Origin: Gammaproteobacteria bacterium
Lineage (GTDB): Bacteria > Pseudomonadota > Gammaproteobacteria > UBA4575
NCBI GenBank assembly: GCA_050633765.1
Contig: JBOEHC010000073.1
Span: forward strand, 1 to 48,936
Reading direction: 5' to 3'
Length of the DNA: 48,936 nt
Part shown: positions 1-9,771 of the stretch, in pieces
Position numbering within the stretch: the stretch's first letter is position 1
Layout of the letters: each line of letters opens with the position of its first letter
Program-made: the position numbers and the translations under genes
Notes under the pieces: model-generated
Told to the model about the DNA's origin: nothing
The model's input: the letters and a program-made list of their open reading frames with translations, nothing else
Database searches by the model: none

Positions 1-1
1 T

Positions 2-133
2 TCTATTGTGAAGCATATTGTCGGTCGCCATGAAGGGATGTTAGAAATTGAAAGTAAAATTGGCCGAGGTTCAGCATTTATTTGTAGTTTTCCTGCTCAC
101 CGAGCTGCAAATAATAGCGATAACTATATATAA
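2..133 (+). CDS. phoR: 3' end of a sensor histidine kinase, most likely PhoR (partial)
   Basis: Frame from base 2 reads SIVKHIVGRHEGMLEIESKIGRGSAFICSFPAHRAANNSDNYI*, the HATPase C-terminus after the GLGL motif; immediately upstream of pstS. Confidence 0.75.
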   Translation, partial: SIVKHIVGRHEGMLEIESKIGRGSAFICSFPAHRAANNSDNYI

Positions 134-147
134 ATCAAATAGTTATA

Positions 148-191
148 GTTTCACAAAACTGTAATATTTGTACCATATGCTTGTAACACAT
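148..191 (+). promoter_or_regulatory. Pho box array (PhoB-binding, 11-bp periodic half-sites)
   Basis: GTTTCACAAAA CTGTAATATTT GTACCATATGC TTGTAACACAT resembles CTGTCAT(A/T)4 repeats at 11-bp spacing upstream of pstS. Confidence 0.7.
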
Positions 192-246
192 AAATATTAA
201 CGTTAAGTCTGAAATTCAAATATCCTATAACTAGAGGAGTTATTTA

Positions 247-1260
247 ATGTACGGATTAGTTAAAAAGTTTTATGTCGTTACAGTAGCTTTATTACTTACT
301 TCAGGCATAACTGTTTCAGCAGAAAGCAGAGTTGATGCTGAGCTTGGTGAATATGCGGCTACCAGCGGTGTATCAGGAAATTTATCTAGTGTTGGTTCCG
401 ATACGCTTGCGAACTTGATGACACTATGGGCAGAGGAATTTAAGCGTTTTTATCCAAACGTTAATATCCAAATTCAAGCTGCAGGTTCGTCTACTGCGCC
501 ACCAGCACTAACGGAAGGAACTTCTAATCTTGGCCCTATGAGTCGCAAGATGAAAGACAAAGAGCTTGCTTCTTTTGAAAAGAAGTTTGGTTATAAACCT
601 ACTGCTATTCCTGTAGCGATTGATGCATTAGCTGTTTACGTTCACAAAGATAACCCAATAAATGGAATGTCGATTGCTGAAGTTGATGCAATTTTTTCAA
701 ACACTCGTAAGTGTGGTGGAGATGACGATCTTTCTGCATGGGGGGATCTTGGTTTACAAGGAAATTGGGTAAAACGTGACATTCAATTGTTTGGTCGCAA
801 CTCAGTGTCAGGAACCTATGGATATTTTAAGAAAAAAGGACTTTGCAAAGGCGATTTTAAATCTACGGTAAATGAGCAACCAGGCTCAGCGTCGGTAGTA
901 CAGTCCGTTTCATCTTCGTTGAACGGTATTGGTTACTCGGGTATTGGCTATAAAACCTCTGGAGTTAAGGCTGTTCCAATATCCAAGAAAACAGATGGGG
1001 AAAAAATTGCTGCTACAACAGAAAATGCAACATCAGGAGCTTACCCACTTGCGCGTTTCTTGTACGTATATGTAAATAAAGAGCCAGGAAAGCCATTGTC
1101 GCCACTCGAAAGTGAGTTCATAAGAATGGTGTTATCAACACAAGGCCAAAAAGTAGTCGTTAAAGATGGCTATATTCCACTACCTTCAAGAGTTGCGGAA
1201 AAAACTTTAACTTCAATTGATGTTGAAAAAAATGCTATGAAGGTAAGTACTGCTGAATAG
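247..1260 (+). CDS. pstS: phosphate ABC transporter substrate-binding protein PstS
   Basis: Signal peptide; [18 protein letters not shown] and [10 protein letters not shown] motifs; GAGGAG RBS. Confidence 0.95.
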   Translation: MYGLVKKFYVVTVALLLTSGITVSAESRVDAELGEYAATSGVSGNLSSVGSDTLANLMTLWAEEFKRFYPNVNIQIQAAGSSTAPPALTEGTSNLGPMSRKMKDKELASFEKKFGYKPTAIPVAIDALAVYVHKDNPINGMSIAEVDAIFSNTRKCGGDDDLSAWGDLGLQGNWVKRDIQLFGRNSVSGTYGYFKKKGLCKGDFKSTVNEQPGSASVVQSVSSSLNGIGYSGIGYKTSGVKAVPISKKTDGEKIAATTENATSGAYPLARFLYVYVNKEPGKPLSPLESEFIRMVLSTQGQKVVVKDGYIPLPSRVAEKTLTSIDVEKNAMKVSTAE

Positions 1261-1316
1261 TTTTTGCTCAAATTTTTGAAATTTATCAGACTAACAGATC
1301 TGTAAAATCTATAATG

Positions 1317-1344
1317 GCCCCGCTGTTAACAGCGGGGCTTTTTT
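1317..1344 (+). terminator. intrinsic terminator/stabilising hairpin between pstS and pstC
   Basis: Perfect palindrome GCCCCGCTGTTAACAGCGGGGC followed by a T-run. Confidence 0.85.
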
Positions 1345-1391
1345 ACTAGAACGAACAGATATCTTAGTAGAGAAATAAAATAACGATAAAA

Positions 1392-3671
1392 ATGTCTGAA
1401 AAATCAAACTCATCACAACTAAGTGTTCCTGAGCCGCTGGTTTTTGATCAAGCTTTATGGCGCAGGCGGTCGATTAAAGATATTTTTGCACGCTATTTAG
1501 TAGGGGCAGGTGGCATTGCAGTCATTGCTTCTATTATTCTAATTTTTCTGTTCCTATTTATGGTGGTGCTTCCTTTATTCAAAGGAGCCGCCATGCACGA
1601 AGTTACCAATTATTCCTTAAGTAAGATTGGTGCAGATGAAACTTTGCTTTATTCCATAGAAGAACAAGCAGAAATTGCTATGCGCCTAAATAATAAAGGC
1701 GTGGTGAGTTTCTTTTATGTGGATAGTGGGCAATTAATCGAGAGTAAAGAGCTTTTAGAAAATCCTGATTTGCGCATCAGTAGTTGGGCGCATCTTGATG
1801 TTGAAAAAAATATTGTTGCTCTTGGGCTGAATACTGGAAGGGTGTTGATTTTTCAACATGAATATTCTTCCAGGTATAAGGATGGTAAACGGACCATAAT
1901 CCCAAGCATTAATTTCCCCTTAGGTGAGGAACCTATTGATTTAGAAATTGGTGAGCAAGCGTTATTAAGTTTGGCGATCAGCGAAAATGAAGATGGTTTA
2001 ACACTATTTGTACAAACTGAAAACGGTCCACGTTTAGTTAACTTCGAAAAAACATCTTCGTTTTTAGACGAAGACGAAGTTACGTTAGAGCTCACCAGCC
2101 AAGTTCAATTACCATACGTTGATAGTCCGATAAAAACATTGATATCGCCAGAACGGGATTGGTTGTATTTATTGAACGCAGAAGGTGCGATTGCTTATTA
2201 CGATATTCGTTCTAAAGACGAGCCGATCCATATTGAAGATGTATCCGTGCTTGATGAAGGTAGTAAGCCGACTACTTTAGAATTTTTGATTGGTGGTATC
2301 TCATTATTACTTGCAGATGATCAAGGCAATATTCACCAGCTATTTTTAGTGCGTGGAGAGGATGGGTCGCGGCACTTAACACCGATTCGAAAATTTAAAA
2401 GTGGTAGTGTAAAAATTTCTAGTATTACAGCTGAACAACTTCGTAAAGGATTTTTAGCAACTAATCTGGATGGAAATATTTCCATATTCCACACCACCGC
2501 AGATCGTCATGTAATAACTGAAAACATTATTGATGCGCCACTTGCACATCTTGGTATCGCGCCAAGAAGTGACAAAATTATTGTGGAAGATGTAAACCAT
2601 CAGTTACATGTTTGGGAACTTGATAGTGAGCATCCAGAAGCTTCGATGAAATCGATTTGGGGTAAAGTTTGGTATGAAAGTTATCCTGAGCCAGATTACA
2701 TTTGGCAATCGTCCTCTGCATCCAGCGATTTTGAACCGAAATTTAGTTTAACGCCGTTAACCTTTGGAACATTCAAAGCTGCATTTTATGCCATGTTGTT
2801 TGCCATGCCGTTAGCGATTTGTGGCGCAATTTTTACTGCCTACTTTATGGCACCAAAAATGCGCAGTGTGGTTAAACCTTCGATTGAAATCATGGCGGCG
2901 TTACCAACAGTAATACTAGGCTTTCTAGCAGGCCTCTGGTTAGCGCCATACATTGAATTGAATTTACCGGGCGTGTTTACGGTTTTATTACTGGTGCCCT
3001 TGGGCATTTTTGTGGCGAGTTATTGCTGGTGGCGAATACCAGAGACCATTACAAGTAGAATTACGGAAGGTTGGCAAGCAGCATTACTGATACCAGTCGT
3101 ATTATTTTTTGCCTGGGCCAGTCTGGCGCTCAGTCCATGGTTAGAGCAAGTTTTATTCGGTGGCAATATGCGCCTCTGGCTTACCGACACAATGGGTGTG
3201 GGTTATGATCAACGTAATGCCTTAATTATTGGTATTACCATGGGGTTTGCCGTGATCCCTATTATATTCTCTATATCTGAAGATGCGGTGTTTAGTGTTC
3301 CTAAGCATTTGTCATCCGGTTCATTGGCGTTAGGCGCTACTCCTTGGCAAACGTTAATGAGAGTCGTATTGCCTTCCGCTAGCCCAGGAATATTTTCAGC
3401 CACCATGATTGGCTTAGGTCGTGCAGTGGGTGAAACCATGATTGTATTAATGGCTACCGGTAATACCCCGGTAATGGATTTTAGTATTTTCGAAGGAATG
3501 CGTACTTTGTCGGCTAACGTTGCAGTGGAGTTGCCAGAATCAGAAGTAGATAGCACACATTTTAGGGTGCTTTTTTTAGCTTCTTTAGTGTTATTTATAT
3601 TTACTTTTTTCTTTAACACCATCGCAGAAGTAGTTAGGCAAAGACTGCGTGAAAAATATAGTTCCTTATAA
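1392..3671 (+). CDS. pstC: phosphate ABC transporter permease PstC, long form with large beta-rich extracytoplasmic domain
   Basis: C-terminal permease with SLALGATPWQT and GRAVGETM motifs; ~380 aa soluble insert after the first TM. Confidence 0.93.
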   Translation: MSEKSNSSQLSVPEPLVFDQALWRRRSIKDIFARYLVGAGGIAVIASIILIFLFLFMVVLPLFKGAAMHEVTNYSLSKIGADETLLYSIEEQAEIAMRLNNKGVVSFFYVDSGQLIESKELLENPDLRISSWAHLDVEKNIVALGLNTGRVLIFQHEYSSRYKDGKRTIIPSINFPLGEEPIDLEIGEQALLSLAISENEDGLTLFVQTENGPRLVNFEKTSSFLDEDEVTLELTSQVQLPYVDSPIKTLISPERDWLYLLNAEGAIAYYDIRSKDEPIHIEDVSVLDEGSKPTTLEFLIGGISLLLADDQGNIHQLFLVRGEDGSRHLTPIRKFKSGSVKISSITAEQLRKGFLATNLDGNISIFHTTADRHVITENIIDAPLAHLGIAPRSDKIIVEDVNHQLHVWELDSEHPEASMKSIWGKVWYESYPEPDYIWQSSSASSDFEPKFSLTPLTFGTFKAAFYAMLFAMPLAICGAIFTAYFMAPKMRSVVKPSIEIMAALPTVILGFLAGLWLAPYIELNLPGVFTVLLLVPLGIFVASYCWWRIPETITSRITEGWQAALLIPVVLFFAWASLALSPWLEQVLFGGNMRLWLTDTMGVGYDQRNALIIGITMGFAVIPIIFSISEDAVFSVPKHLSSGSLALGATPWQTLMRVVLPSASPGIFSATMIGLGRAVGETMIVLMATGNTPVMDFSIFEGMRTLSANVAVELPESEVDSTHFRVLFLASLVLFIFTFFFNTIAEVVRQRLREKYSSL

Positions 3672-3685
3672 GTACAGCCATCATC

Positions 3686-5362
3686 ATGCCTAGTAACAAG
3701 ACTCATAAAGATCCATTTTATAAATCCGGAACCCCTTGGATTTGGTTAAATGCTGGTGCAGTAACGATTAGTGTAATTATGGTAGTCGGGTTGTTGGCGC
3801 TAATCGCGGCACGCGGACTAGGGCATTTTTGGCCAAAGACCGTGTATGAAATTGAGTATTTGAATAATGATGAAATCGTTCAGGTTGTGGGTGAACGTGT
3901 CGAGACCGAGGAAGTATTAAGGCAAAGAATATTAGAATCAGGCGTAAAAGTTAACAGTGATGATGATCTTATCGAGCGTAGTCTAATTAAAGTGGGTAAT
4001 CGTGATTCCTTGGGTGTGGATTTCATGTTAACGGTTACACCTAATGAGAAAAAAATTAGTAAACCAAAAGATGTTTTAGTGTTGGAGCGAACACAGTGGG
4101 GTAACTTCTATGGATTTTTACAGGATATTAAAAGCGATGGTAAAGTTTTAGATCTTTATGATGATATTAAATGGCAAGACTTGGAGGATCGTTTAGATAG
4201 GGTTGCTGATTTAAGAGAAAGAATTGAGCATATTGAAAAAGTCGAAATTGGACGCATTAATTATCAAATTGAAAAACTACGTTTAAAACAGCGTGGACTT
4301 GAAAAAGATGGTGTTACCGACCAAGAAGAATTTAAGCCGATTGAAAATGCTCGGACAGCGTTTAATGCTGATTATGAGGCGCTAAAGAGTGAGTTGAATG
4401 CCTTATATAAGGAAATGTCACGAGATAGTATTACCGCAACCATAATGGGTGGCAAGGAAGTAGAAGTTAAACTTGCAGATGTAGTGAAAGCCTATCGACC
4501 CAATGATATGAGTTTGCTGGATAAAATAGTCTTCTACATAAAAACCTTTTGGGGATTCATTACCGATGATCCAAGAGAAGCTAATACTGAAGGTGGAATA
4601 TTCCCAGCAATTTTTGGAACCGTGCTAACGGTGATGCTGATGTCGGTAGTAGTCATGCCATTCGGTGTGATCGCCGCTATTTATTTGCGTGAATACGCTA
4701 AGCAAGGTTTCTTAACGCGCTTGGTTAGAATTTCAGTTAATAACTTAGCAGGTGTGCCTTCCATTGTTTATGGTGTATTTGGCCTTGGATTCTTTGTTTA
4801 CATCGTCGGCGGTACCATTGATGAATTATTTTATTCTGAAGCATTGCCAGCGCCTACATTTGGTTCGGGCGGCTTGTTATGGGCATCTCTTACCCTAGCG
4901 CTTCTCACAGTGCCGGTTGTAATTGTGGCTACTGAGGAGGGCTTGTCTCGCATACCTAGAGCAATTCGAGAAGGCTCGCTTGCATTGGGTGCAACTAAAG
5001 CTGAAACATTGTGGCGGACGATTTTGCCAATGGCGAGCCCTGCAATTATGACAGGATTAATCCTTTCGATTGCACGCGCGGCAGGTGAAGTGGCGCCATT
5101 AATGTTGGTCGGTGTAGTTAAGCTTGCGCCTTCATTGCCATTAGATGGCAATGCGCCGTTTATTCATTTGGAGCGCAAATTTATGCATCTAGGGTTTCAT
5201 ATATATGATGTGGGTTTTCAAAGCCCTAACGTAGAAGCTGCGCGTCCGTTAGTTTATGCAACTGCTTTAATTCTTGTGTTAGTAATTGTGATTCTTAATT
5301 TGGCTGCAATTTACACAAGAAATCATTTGCGTGAGAAATATAAAGATTTAGAACAAAATTAA
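3686..5362 (+). CDS. pstA: phosphate ABC transporter permease PstA, long form
   Basis: PREANTEGGIFPAIFGT, NLAGVPSIVYG, REGSLALGATK and ARAAGEVAPL motifs. Confidence 0.95.
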   Translation: MPSNKTHKDPFYKSGTPWIWLNAGAVTISVIMVVGLLALIAARGLGHFWPKTVYEIEYLNNDEIVQVVGERVETEEVLRQRILESGVKVNSDDDLIERSLIKVGNRDSLGVDFMLTVTPNEKKISKPKDVLVLERTQWGNFYGFLQDIKSDGKVLDLYDDIKWQDLEDRLDRVADLRERIEHIEKVEIGRINYQIEKLRLKQRGLEKDGVTDQEEFKPIENARTAFNADYEALKSELNALYKEMSRDSITATIMGGKEVEVKLADVVKAYRPNDMSLLDKIVFYIKTFWGFITDDPREANTEGGIFPAIFGTVLTVMLMSVVVMPFGVIAAIYLREYAKQGFLTRLVRISVNNLAGVPSIVYGVFGLGFFVYIVGGTIDELFYSEALPAPTFGSGGLLWASLTLALLTVPVVIVATEEGLSRIPRAIREGSLALGATKAETLWRTILPMASPAIMTGLILSIARAAGEVAPLMLVGVVKLAPSLPLDGNAPFIHLERKFMHLGFHIYDVGFQSPNVEAARPLVYATALILVLVIVILNLAAIYTRNHLREKYKDLEQN

Positions 5363-5438
5363 TTATGCAATTCTGTACTTTTCCCAAGATTGAACCTGTC
5401 TATCAATTATGTAAGGCTTTGTAGGAGCTAAGGAATAC

Positions 5439-6263
5439 ATGACTATGGCCGCACCGAAAATTTCACACGATGTTTTGCTCAATAAGGGTAGTCAAAATAT
5501 TGAGGAAGAAACTGCTTGTTTTGAATGCAGAGATTTTGGTTTGTACTACGGTGCTACGCAAGCGCTTAAAGATATCAATTTGATTATTCCTGAGAAGCGA
5601 GTTACAGCGTTTATCGGCCCGAGTGGTTGTGGCAAATCTACTTTGTTGCGTTGCATGAATCGTATGAATGATCTGATCGATATTGTGAGATTAGAAGGCG
5701 AAATGTTTTTGCATGGTGAAGACATCAATACTAAGTCGGTTAATGTAGCTGAACTACGACGCAAAGTCGGTATGGTTTTTCAAAAACCAAATCCTTTTCC
5801 TAAAACTATTTATGAAAATGTTGCTTATGGTTTGCGCCTACAAGGTGTAAATAAGAAGAGAGTTTTAGACGAGCGAGTTGAGTGGGCGCTGAAGGGCGCT
5901 GCTTTGTGGGATGAGGTAAAAGATCGTTTACAAGATAATGCTCTAGGTTTATCTGGTGGGCAGCAACAACGTTTAGTCATTGCACGCTCTATTGCAATTC
6001 AACCTGAAGTTATCCTTTTGGATGAGCCCGCTTCTGCGCTAGATCCGATTTCTACTTTGAAAATTGAAGAATTAATTATTCAGCTGAAAGAACAGTACAC
6101 AGTTGTGATTGTTACACACAACATGCAACAAGCTGCACGGGTGTCGGATTACACCGCGTTTTTATATTTGGGTGAATTAATTGAATTCGGTGCTACGGAT
6201 CAACTATTCACTAACCCAAGTGAAAAGCAAACTGAAGATTATATTACCGGCCGTTACGGCTAA
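5439..6263 (+). CDS. pstB: phosphate ABC transporter ATPase PstB
   Basis: [27 protein letters not shown]-terminal YITGRYG. Confidence 0.97.
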   Translation: MTMAAPKISHDVLLNKGSQNIEEETACFECRDFGLYYGATQALKDINLIIPEKRVTAFIGPSGCGKSTLLRCMNRMNDLIDIVRLEGEMFLHGEDINTKSVNVAELRRKVGMVFQKPNPFPKTIYENVAYGLRLQGVNKKRVLDERVEWALKGAALWDEVKDRLQDNALGLSGGQQQRLVIARSIAIQPEVILLDEPASALDPISTLKIEELIIQLKEQYTVVIVTHNMQQAARVSDYTAFLYLGELIEFGATDQLFTNPSEKQTEDYITGRYG

Positions 6264-6288
6264 CAGTTTATAAGAAAGCGAGATACTT

Positions 6289-7011
6289 ATGGTTTATCAA
6301 GATATCGGACAACACATATCTCATCAGTTTGATGAGGATTTGGAATCACTGCGCAGTAAAGTGTTAAACATGGGCGGCATGGTTGAAAAACAAGTTGAGA
6401 ATGCGCTGCTAGCTTTGACGAAATCAGATAGTAGTTTGGCAGAAGAAGTTGCAACGAGTGATTACAAAATTAATTCTATGGAAGTAGCCATTGATGAGGA
6501 ATGCACACAAGTTATTGCGCGACGCCAACCAACTGCTAGTGACTTACGTCTTGTTGTAACAGTAATTAAAACCATCACGGATCTAGAAAGAATAGGTGAT
6601 GAGGCTGAGAAGATCGGCCGGCATGGAGTTAAACTTGCTACGGTTGAGCGTACACCCTCTTATTTCATGGAAATTAAGCATTTGGGTGAGCAGGTAAGGA
6701 AGATGTTGCATGAGAGTTTGGATGCTTTTGCACGTATGGATACGGATGCAGCTTTGAAAATTGCACAAGGTGATCGGGAAATTAACGATGAATACGATGC
6801 ATTAGTTCGACAGCTAATTACTCATATGATGGAAGATCATAGTGCAATCAAACGTGTTTTGCGTGTTATGTGGTGTGCTCGATCTTTAGAGCGAATTGGC
6901 GATCATGCAAAAAACATATGTGAGTATATTATTTATACAGTAGCAGGAACCGATGTCCGGCATACAAGTTTTGAGCAGGTAAAAAACGAACTTACCGATG
7001 CAGATGACTAA
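6289..7011 (+). CDS. phoU: phosphate signalling protein PhoU
   Basis: ARRQPTASDLR, DLERIGD and LERIGDHAKNICE motifs. Confidence 0.97.
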   Translation: MVYQDIGQHISHQFDEDLESLRSKVLNMGGMVEKQVENALLALTKSDSSLAEEVATSDYKINSMEVAIDEECTQVIARRQPTASDLRLVVTVIKTITDLERIGDEAEKIGRHGVKLATVERTPSYFMEIKHLGEQVRKMLHESLDAFARMDTDAALKIAQGDREINDEYDALVRQLITHMMEDHSAIKRVLRVMWCARSLERIGDHAKNICEYIIYTVAGTDVRHTSFEQVKNELTDADD

Positions 7012-7075
7012 TTATATAAAGTCTTATTTTATAACTACTATTATATCAAGCGGTTGAATTTTAAGCACATTCTTG

Positions 7076-7120
7076 TTTACCAAACTTTACAATCCTAAAC
7101 TCCCTTTTGCTTGTTATAAT
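7076..7120 (+). promoter_or_regulatory. putative promoter with OmpR-family (CpxR-like) direct repeat and extended -10
   Basis: TTTAC-CAAAC-TTTAC at 7076-7090 (GTAAA-N5-GTAAA on the minus strand); TG-T-TATAAT at 7112-7120. Confidence 0.5.
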
Positions 7121-7232
7121 AACCAGTAGCTAACTCATCTTTTAGTTGAGTTTTCATTGGTTAAATAATTACCATAATTAAATTACAGGCTTTGTTTAGT
7201 ACATTGCCTTGTTTAACGAGGAGTTCTTTGAA

Positions 7233-7643
7233 ATGGCAAACCATAAAATAGACGCTGTGGAAGGCATTGGCCCAAAATATGCAGAAATGTTGGCTAAAGC
7301 AGGAATTACTGATACGGATGGATTACTAGAAGCAGCTTGTTCAGCAGCAGGCCGTAAAGATTGTGCTGGAAAATCTGGTTGTAGTGAGAGCCAGATACTT
7401 AAATGGGTTAACATGTGTGACTTATTTAGGATTAAAGGTGTTGGGGAAGAGTATTCTGAATTATTAGAGGTGTCCGGTGTTGATACGGTTAAAGAGTTAC
7501 GCAATCGTGTACCTGAAAACCTCACCGCTAAAATGAAAGAAGTAAATGAAGAAAAGAATTTAGTGAGGAGAGTACCTACTTTAAAAGAAGTTACTGCTTG
7601 GGTTGAGCATGCTAAAGAACTGCCACCAAAAGTAACGCACTAA
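7233..7643 (+). CDS. DUF4332 domain (helix-hairpin-helix) protein
   Basis: VEGIGPKYA and DLFRIKGVGEEYSELLEVSGVDTVKELRNRVPENL motifs; GAGGAG RBS places the start at ATG 7233 rather than TTG 7209. Confidence 0.85.
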   Translation: MANHKIDAVEGIGPKYAEMLAKAGITDTDGLLEAACSAAGRKDCAGKSGCSESQILKWVNMCDLFRIKGVGEEYSELLEVSGVDTVKELRNRVPENLTAKMKEVNEEKNLVRRVPTLKEVTAWVEHAKELPPKVTH

Positions 7644-7690
7644 ATTAAAACTATAAAAATAATTATAAAACCAATAGGAGCGAGTACGAG

Positions 7691-8068
7691 ATGTATAAAT
7701 TAATTTTAATGTTGTTCATTGCAACTTTGATGTTTGGCTGTAGCAAAGACGACGCTGAACATGCAGGTGAAGAAGCTAATGAAGCAGCCGAGCATGCAGG
7801 TGAAGAAGCTAAAGAACACGCTGGAGAAGAAGCTAAGGAGCATGCAGGTGAAGAAGCAGAATCGGCTGGCGGACCTAAGCTTGAGCCACTACCAGACTGG
7901 GATTCTTTACCACCAATAGAAGAAGAAACTGCTGCTGAAGAAGGTTCAACAATGATGGAAAAAGCTGAAGAAGTGGTAGAAAAAGCTAAAGAGCATGCGG
8001 GTGATGCAGCGGAATCTGCTAAAGAACACGCAGGTGAAGCAGCTGAAAAGATGATGGAAAAAGAGTAA
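7691..8068 (+). CDS. acidic low-complexity lipoprotein with six EHAG repeats
   Basis: Lipobox LMFG-C; AGGAG RBS; E/A/K/H-rich repeats. Confidence 0.8.
   Translation: MYKLILMLFIATLMFGCSKDDAEHAGEEANEAAEHAGEEAKEHAGEEAKEHAGEEAESAGGPKLEPLPDWDSLPPIEEETAAEEGSTMMEKAEEVVEKAKEHAGDAAESAKEHAGEAAEKMMEKE
7757..7858 (+). repeat. intragenic repeats encoding EHAGEEA (4 copies, 24-33 bp period)
   Basis: GAA/GAG-CAT/CAC-GCA/GCT-GGT/GGA-GAA-GAA-GCT/GCA repeated with synonymous variation. Confidence 0.85.
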
Positions 8069-8108
8069 TTCTTTAAGCAACTAAATAATAAAAATAATAG
8101 GAGTTACT

Positions 8109-8357
8109 ATGGGTTTTTTAACTTGGATTGTTTTAGGTGGCATTGTTGGCGCCATAGCTAAATTGATTATGCCTGGGAAAGACCCTGGTGGAATCATAGT
8201 TACCATTTTGCTTGGTATAGCGGGTGCATTTGTCGGCGGCTATATTAGTACATTACTAGGCTTTGGATCGGTTACCGGTTTCAATATGATTAGTTTAGTG
8301 ATAGCTGTAATTGGTGCCTTGATATTACTATTGCTTTATCGAATGATAAAAAAATAG
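8109..8357 (+). CDS. GlsB/YeaQ/YmgE family (transglycosylase-associated) membrane protein
   Basis: WIVLGGIVGAIAKLIMPGKDPGG..TILLGIAGAFVGG signature. Confidence 0.92.
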   Translation: MGFLTWIVLGGIVGAIAKLIMPGKDPGGIIVTILLGIAGAFVGGYISTLLGFGSVTGFNMISLVIAVIGALILLLLYRMIKK

Positions 8358-8382
8358 CTAGTATTTACGCTATGAAACATTT

Positions 8383-8413
8383 AAACGCCTAGATACTTTC
8401 TCTAGGCGTTTTT
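8383..8413 (+). terminator. intrinsic terminator
   Basis: AAACGCCTAGA-N7-TCTAGGCGTTT followed by further Ts. Confidence 0.8.
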
Positions 8414-8458
8414 GTTTCCGAAGTTAGATAATTTTATACTTTATACACGTGACAGATA

Positions 8459-9751
8459 ATGCATTATATTCCATGCAGCCGGCATGTACTGATTAATAAA
8501 TGTTGTAATCATTCTGGTTTGAGTGATGAGCAAAAACGACAGTTTCGTTCTTTTGCCGAGATCCTAAATGCCTACGTACATTTTGTGTCTCAAAAAAAGC
8601 TAGAACAAATGAAGCAGGCTTACGCCTACTTGAATCCTAATCAAGACACCCCAATATTTCCAAAGCTAACAGAAGAAGAGTTAAAGCTTCAGTCTAATAT
8701 TCTTGCCGAGACATTTAGCAGCACATTAATTGATGCAAATTTTGAAGAGCTATCGCAAACTGATATTGAAAAAGCCTTTACAACTTTTTCTCTTGTGCCA
8801 GTAAATACAGATGTAAACCTTAATGATTATCAGCGTATTAAATTATTCTACCGCGGAAGCAGTGCTAAAGAAGTAACCATAAAACGTTTTTTCAGAAGCA
8901 AAATCATCACATTTGAAAACTACGATCGTGTAGCAGTATTGCTGCATATAAAAGATAAAAAGTATTTTGATGCTAAAGACAGTAAAAATGATGATCTAAA
9001 TTATATCCCTGGCAAGGTGTATTTATATTTGTATAAAAACATCCCACATTACGATTTAGAATTACTATTTCCTAATGTAAAGATCAGCATGAATTTAAAA
9101 GATAAGTTATTGCTAGGTGTGCCTGCATTAGGAGCAGCTATTCCTATGGCGATCAAAGTGCTGCCTAGTATTGCCCTATTAGTTGGAGCCGTCGCATTAG
9201 CTTTATTTGGCTGGAAATTGGGCGGCAAGTTTGATGTTGATATTAGTAACGCTGATGCAATTTATCCCTTGCTCGTTGCAACATTATCGACATCTTTAGC
9301 TTTGGGAGGTTTTGCTGTACGTCAGTATGTGAAATATAAAAGCAAGCGATTAGAGTTTTTAAAAAATGTAACAGATGTTTTATTTTTTAAAAGTTTAGAT
9401 GTTTGTCAGGGTACACTTAATGCTATCATTGATTCTGCAGAAGAAGAGCAAGCTAAAGAAGCAATATTGATTTATTTCTTAATGCTTGTTGTCAACCAAC
9501 CATGCAAGCAAGAAGAGATTCAGCACAGCATAAATGCATGGATTGAGGATGAATTTCAAGTATCTGTTGAATTAAATATCCAGCGCGCATTGCAACAGCT
9601 GCAAGATCTTCAAGCACCTCTAATGAATGGCGAGAACAAAGCGTTAATAGAAAAACTACCCGATGGTAGATTTCAAGCATGTGAAATTTATACTGCTAAA
9701 TATATTTTAGATTATATTTGGGATCATGCATTTCAATATGCAAATACATGA
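8459..9751 (+). CDS. TMEM143/DUF3754 family membrane protein
   Basis: N-terminal HYIP; YLYKNIPHYDLELLFPN and AEEEQAKEAILIY motifs; central TM hairpin. Confidence 0.8.
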   Translation: MHYIPCSRHVLINKCCNHSGLSDEQKRQFRSFAEILNAYVHFVSQKKLEQMKQAYAYLNPNQDTPIFPKLTEEELKLQSNILAETFSSTLIDANFEELSQTDIEKAFTTFSLVPVNTDVNLNDYQRIKLFYRGSSAKEVTIKRFFRSKIITFENYDRVAVLLHIKDKKYFDAKDSKNDDLNYIPGKVYLYLYKNIPHYDLELLFPNVKISMNLKDKLLLGVPALGAAIPMAIKVLPSIALLVGAVALALFGWKLGGKFDVDISNADAIYPLLVATLSTSLALGGFAVRQYVKYKSKRLEFLKNVTDVLFFKSLDVCQGTLNAIIDSAEEEQAKEAILIYFLMLVVNQPCKQEEIQHSINAWIEDEFQVSVELNIQRALQQLQDLQAPLMNGENKALIEKLPDGRFQACEIYTAKYILDYIWDHAFQYANT

Positions 9752-9771
9752 AGAGAAATGTAACGGGCAGC

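Noticed and set aside
7757-7858. Repeat array as possible CRISPR
   Set aside because: Units are in-frame, codon-degenerate, have no unique spacers, and no cas genes are present
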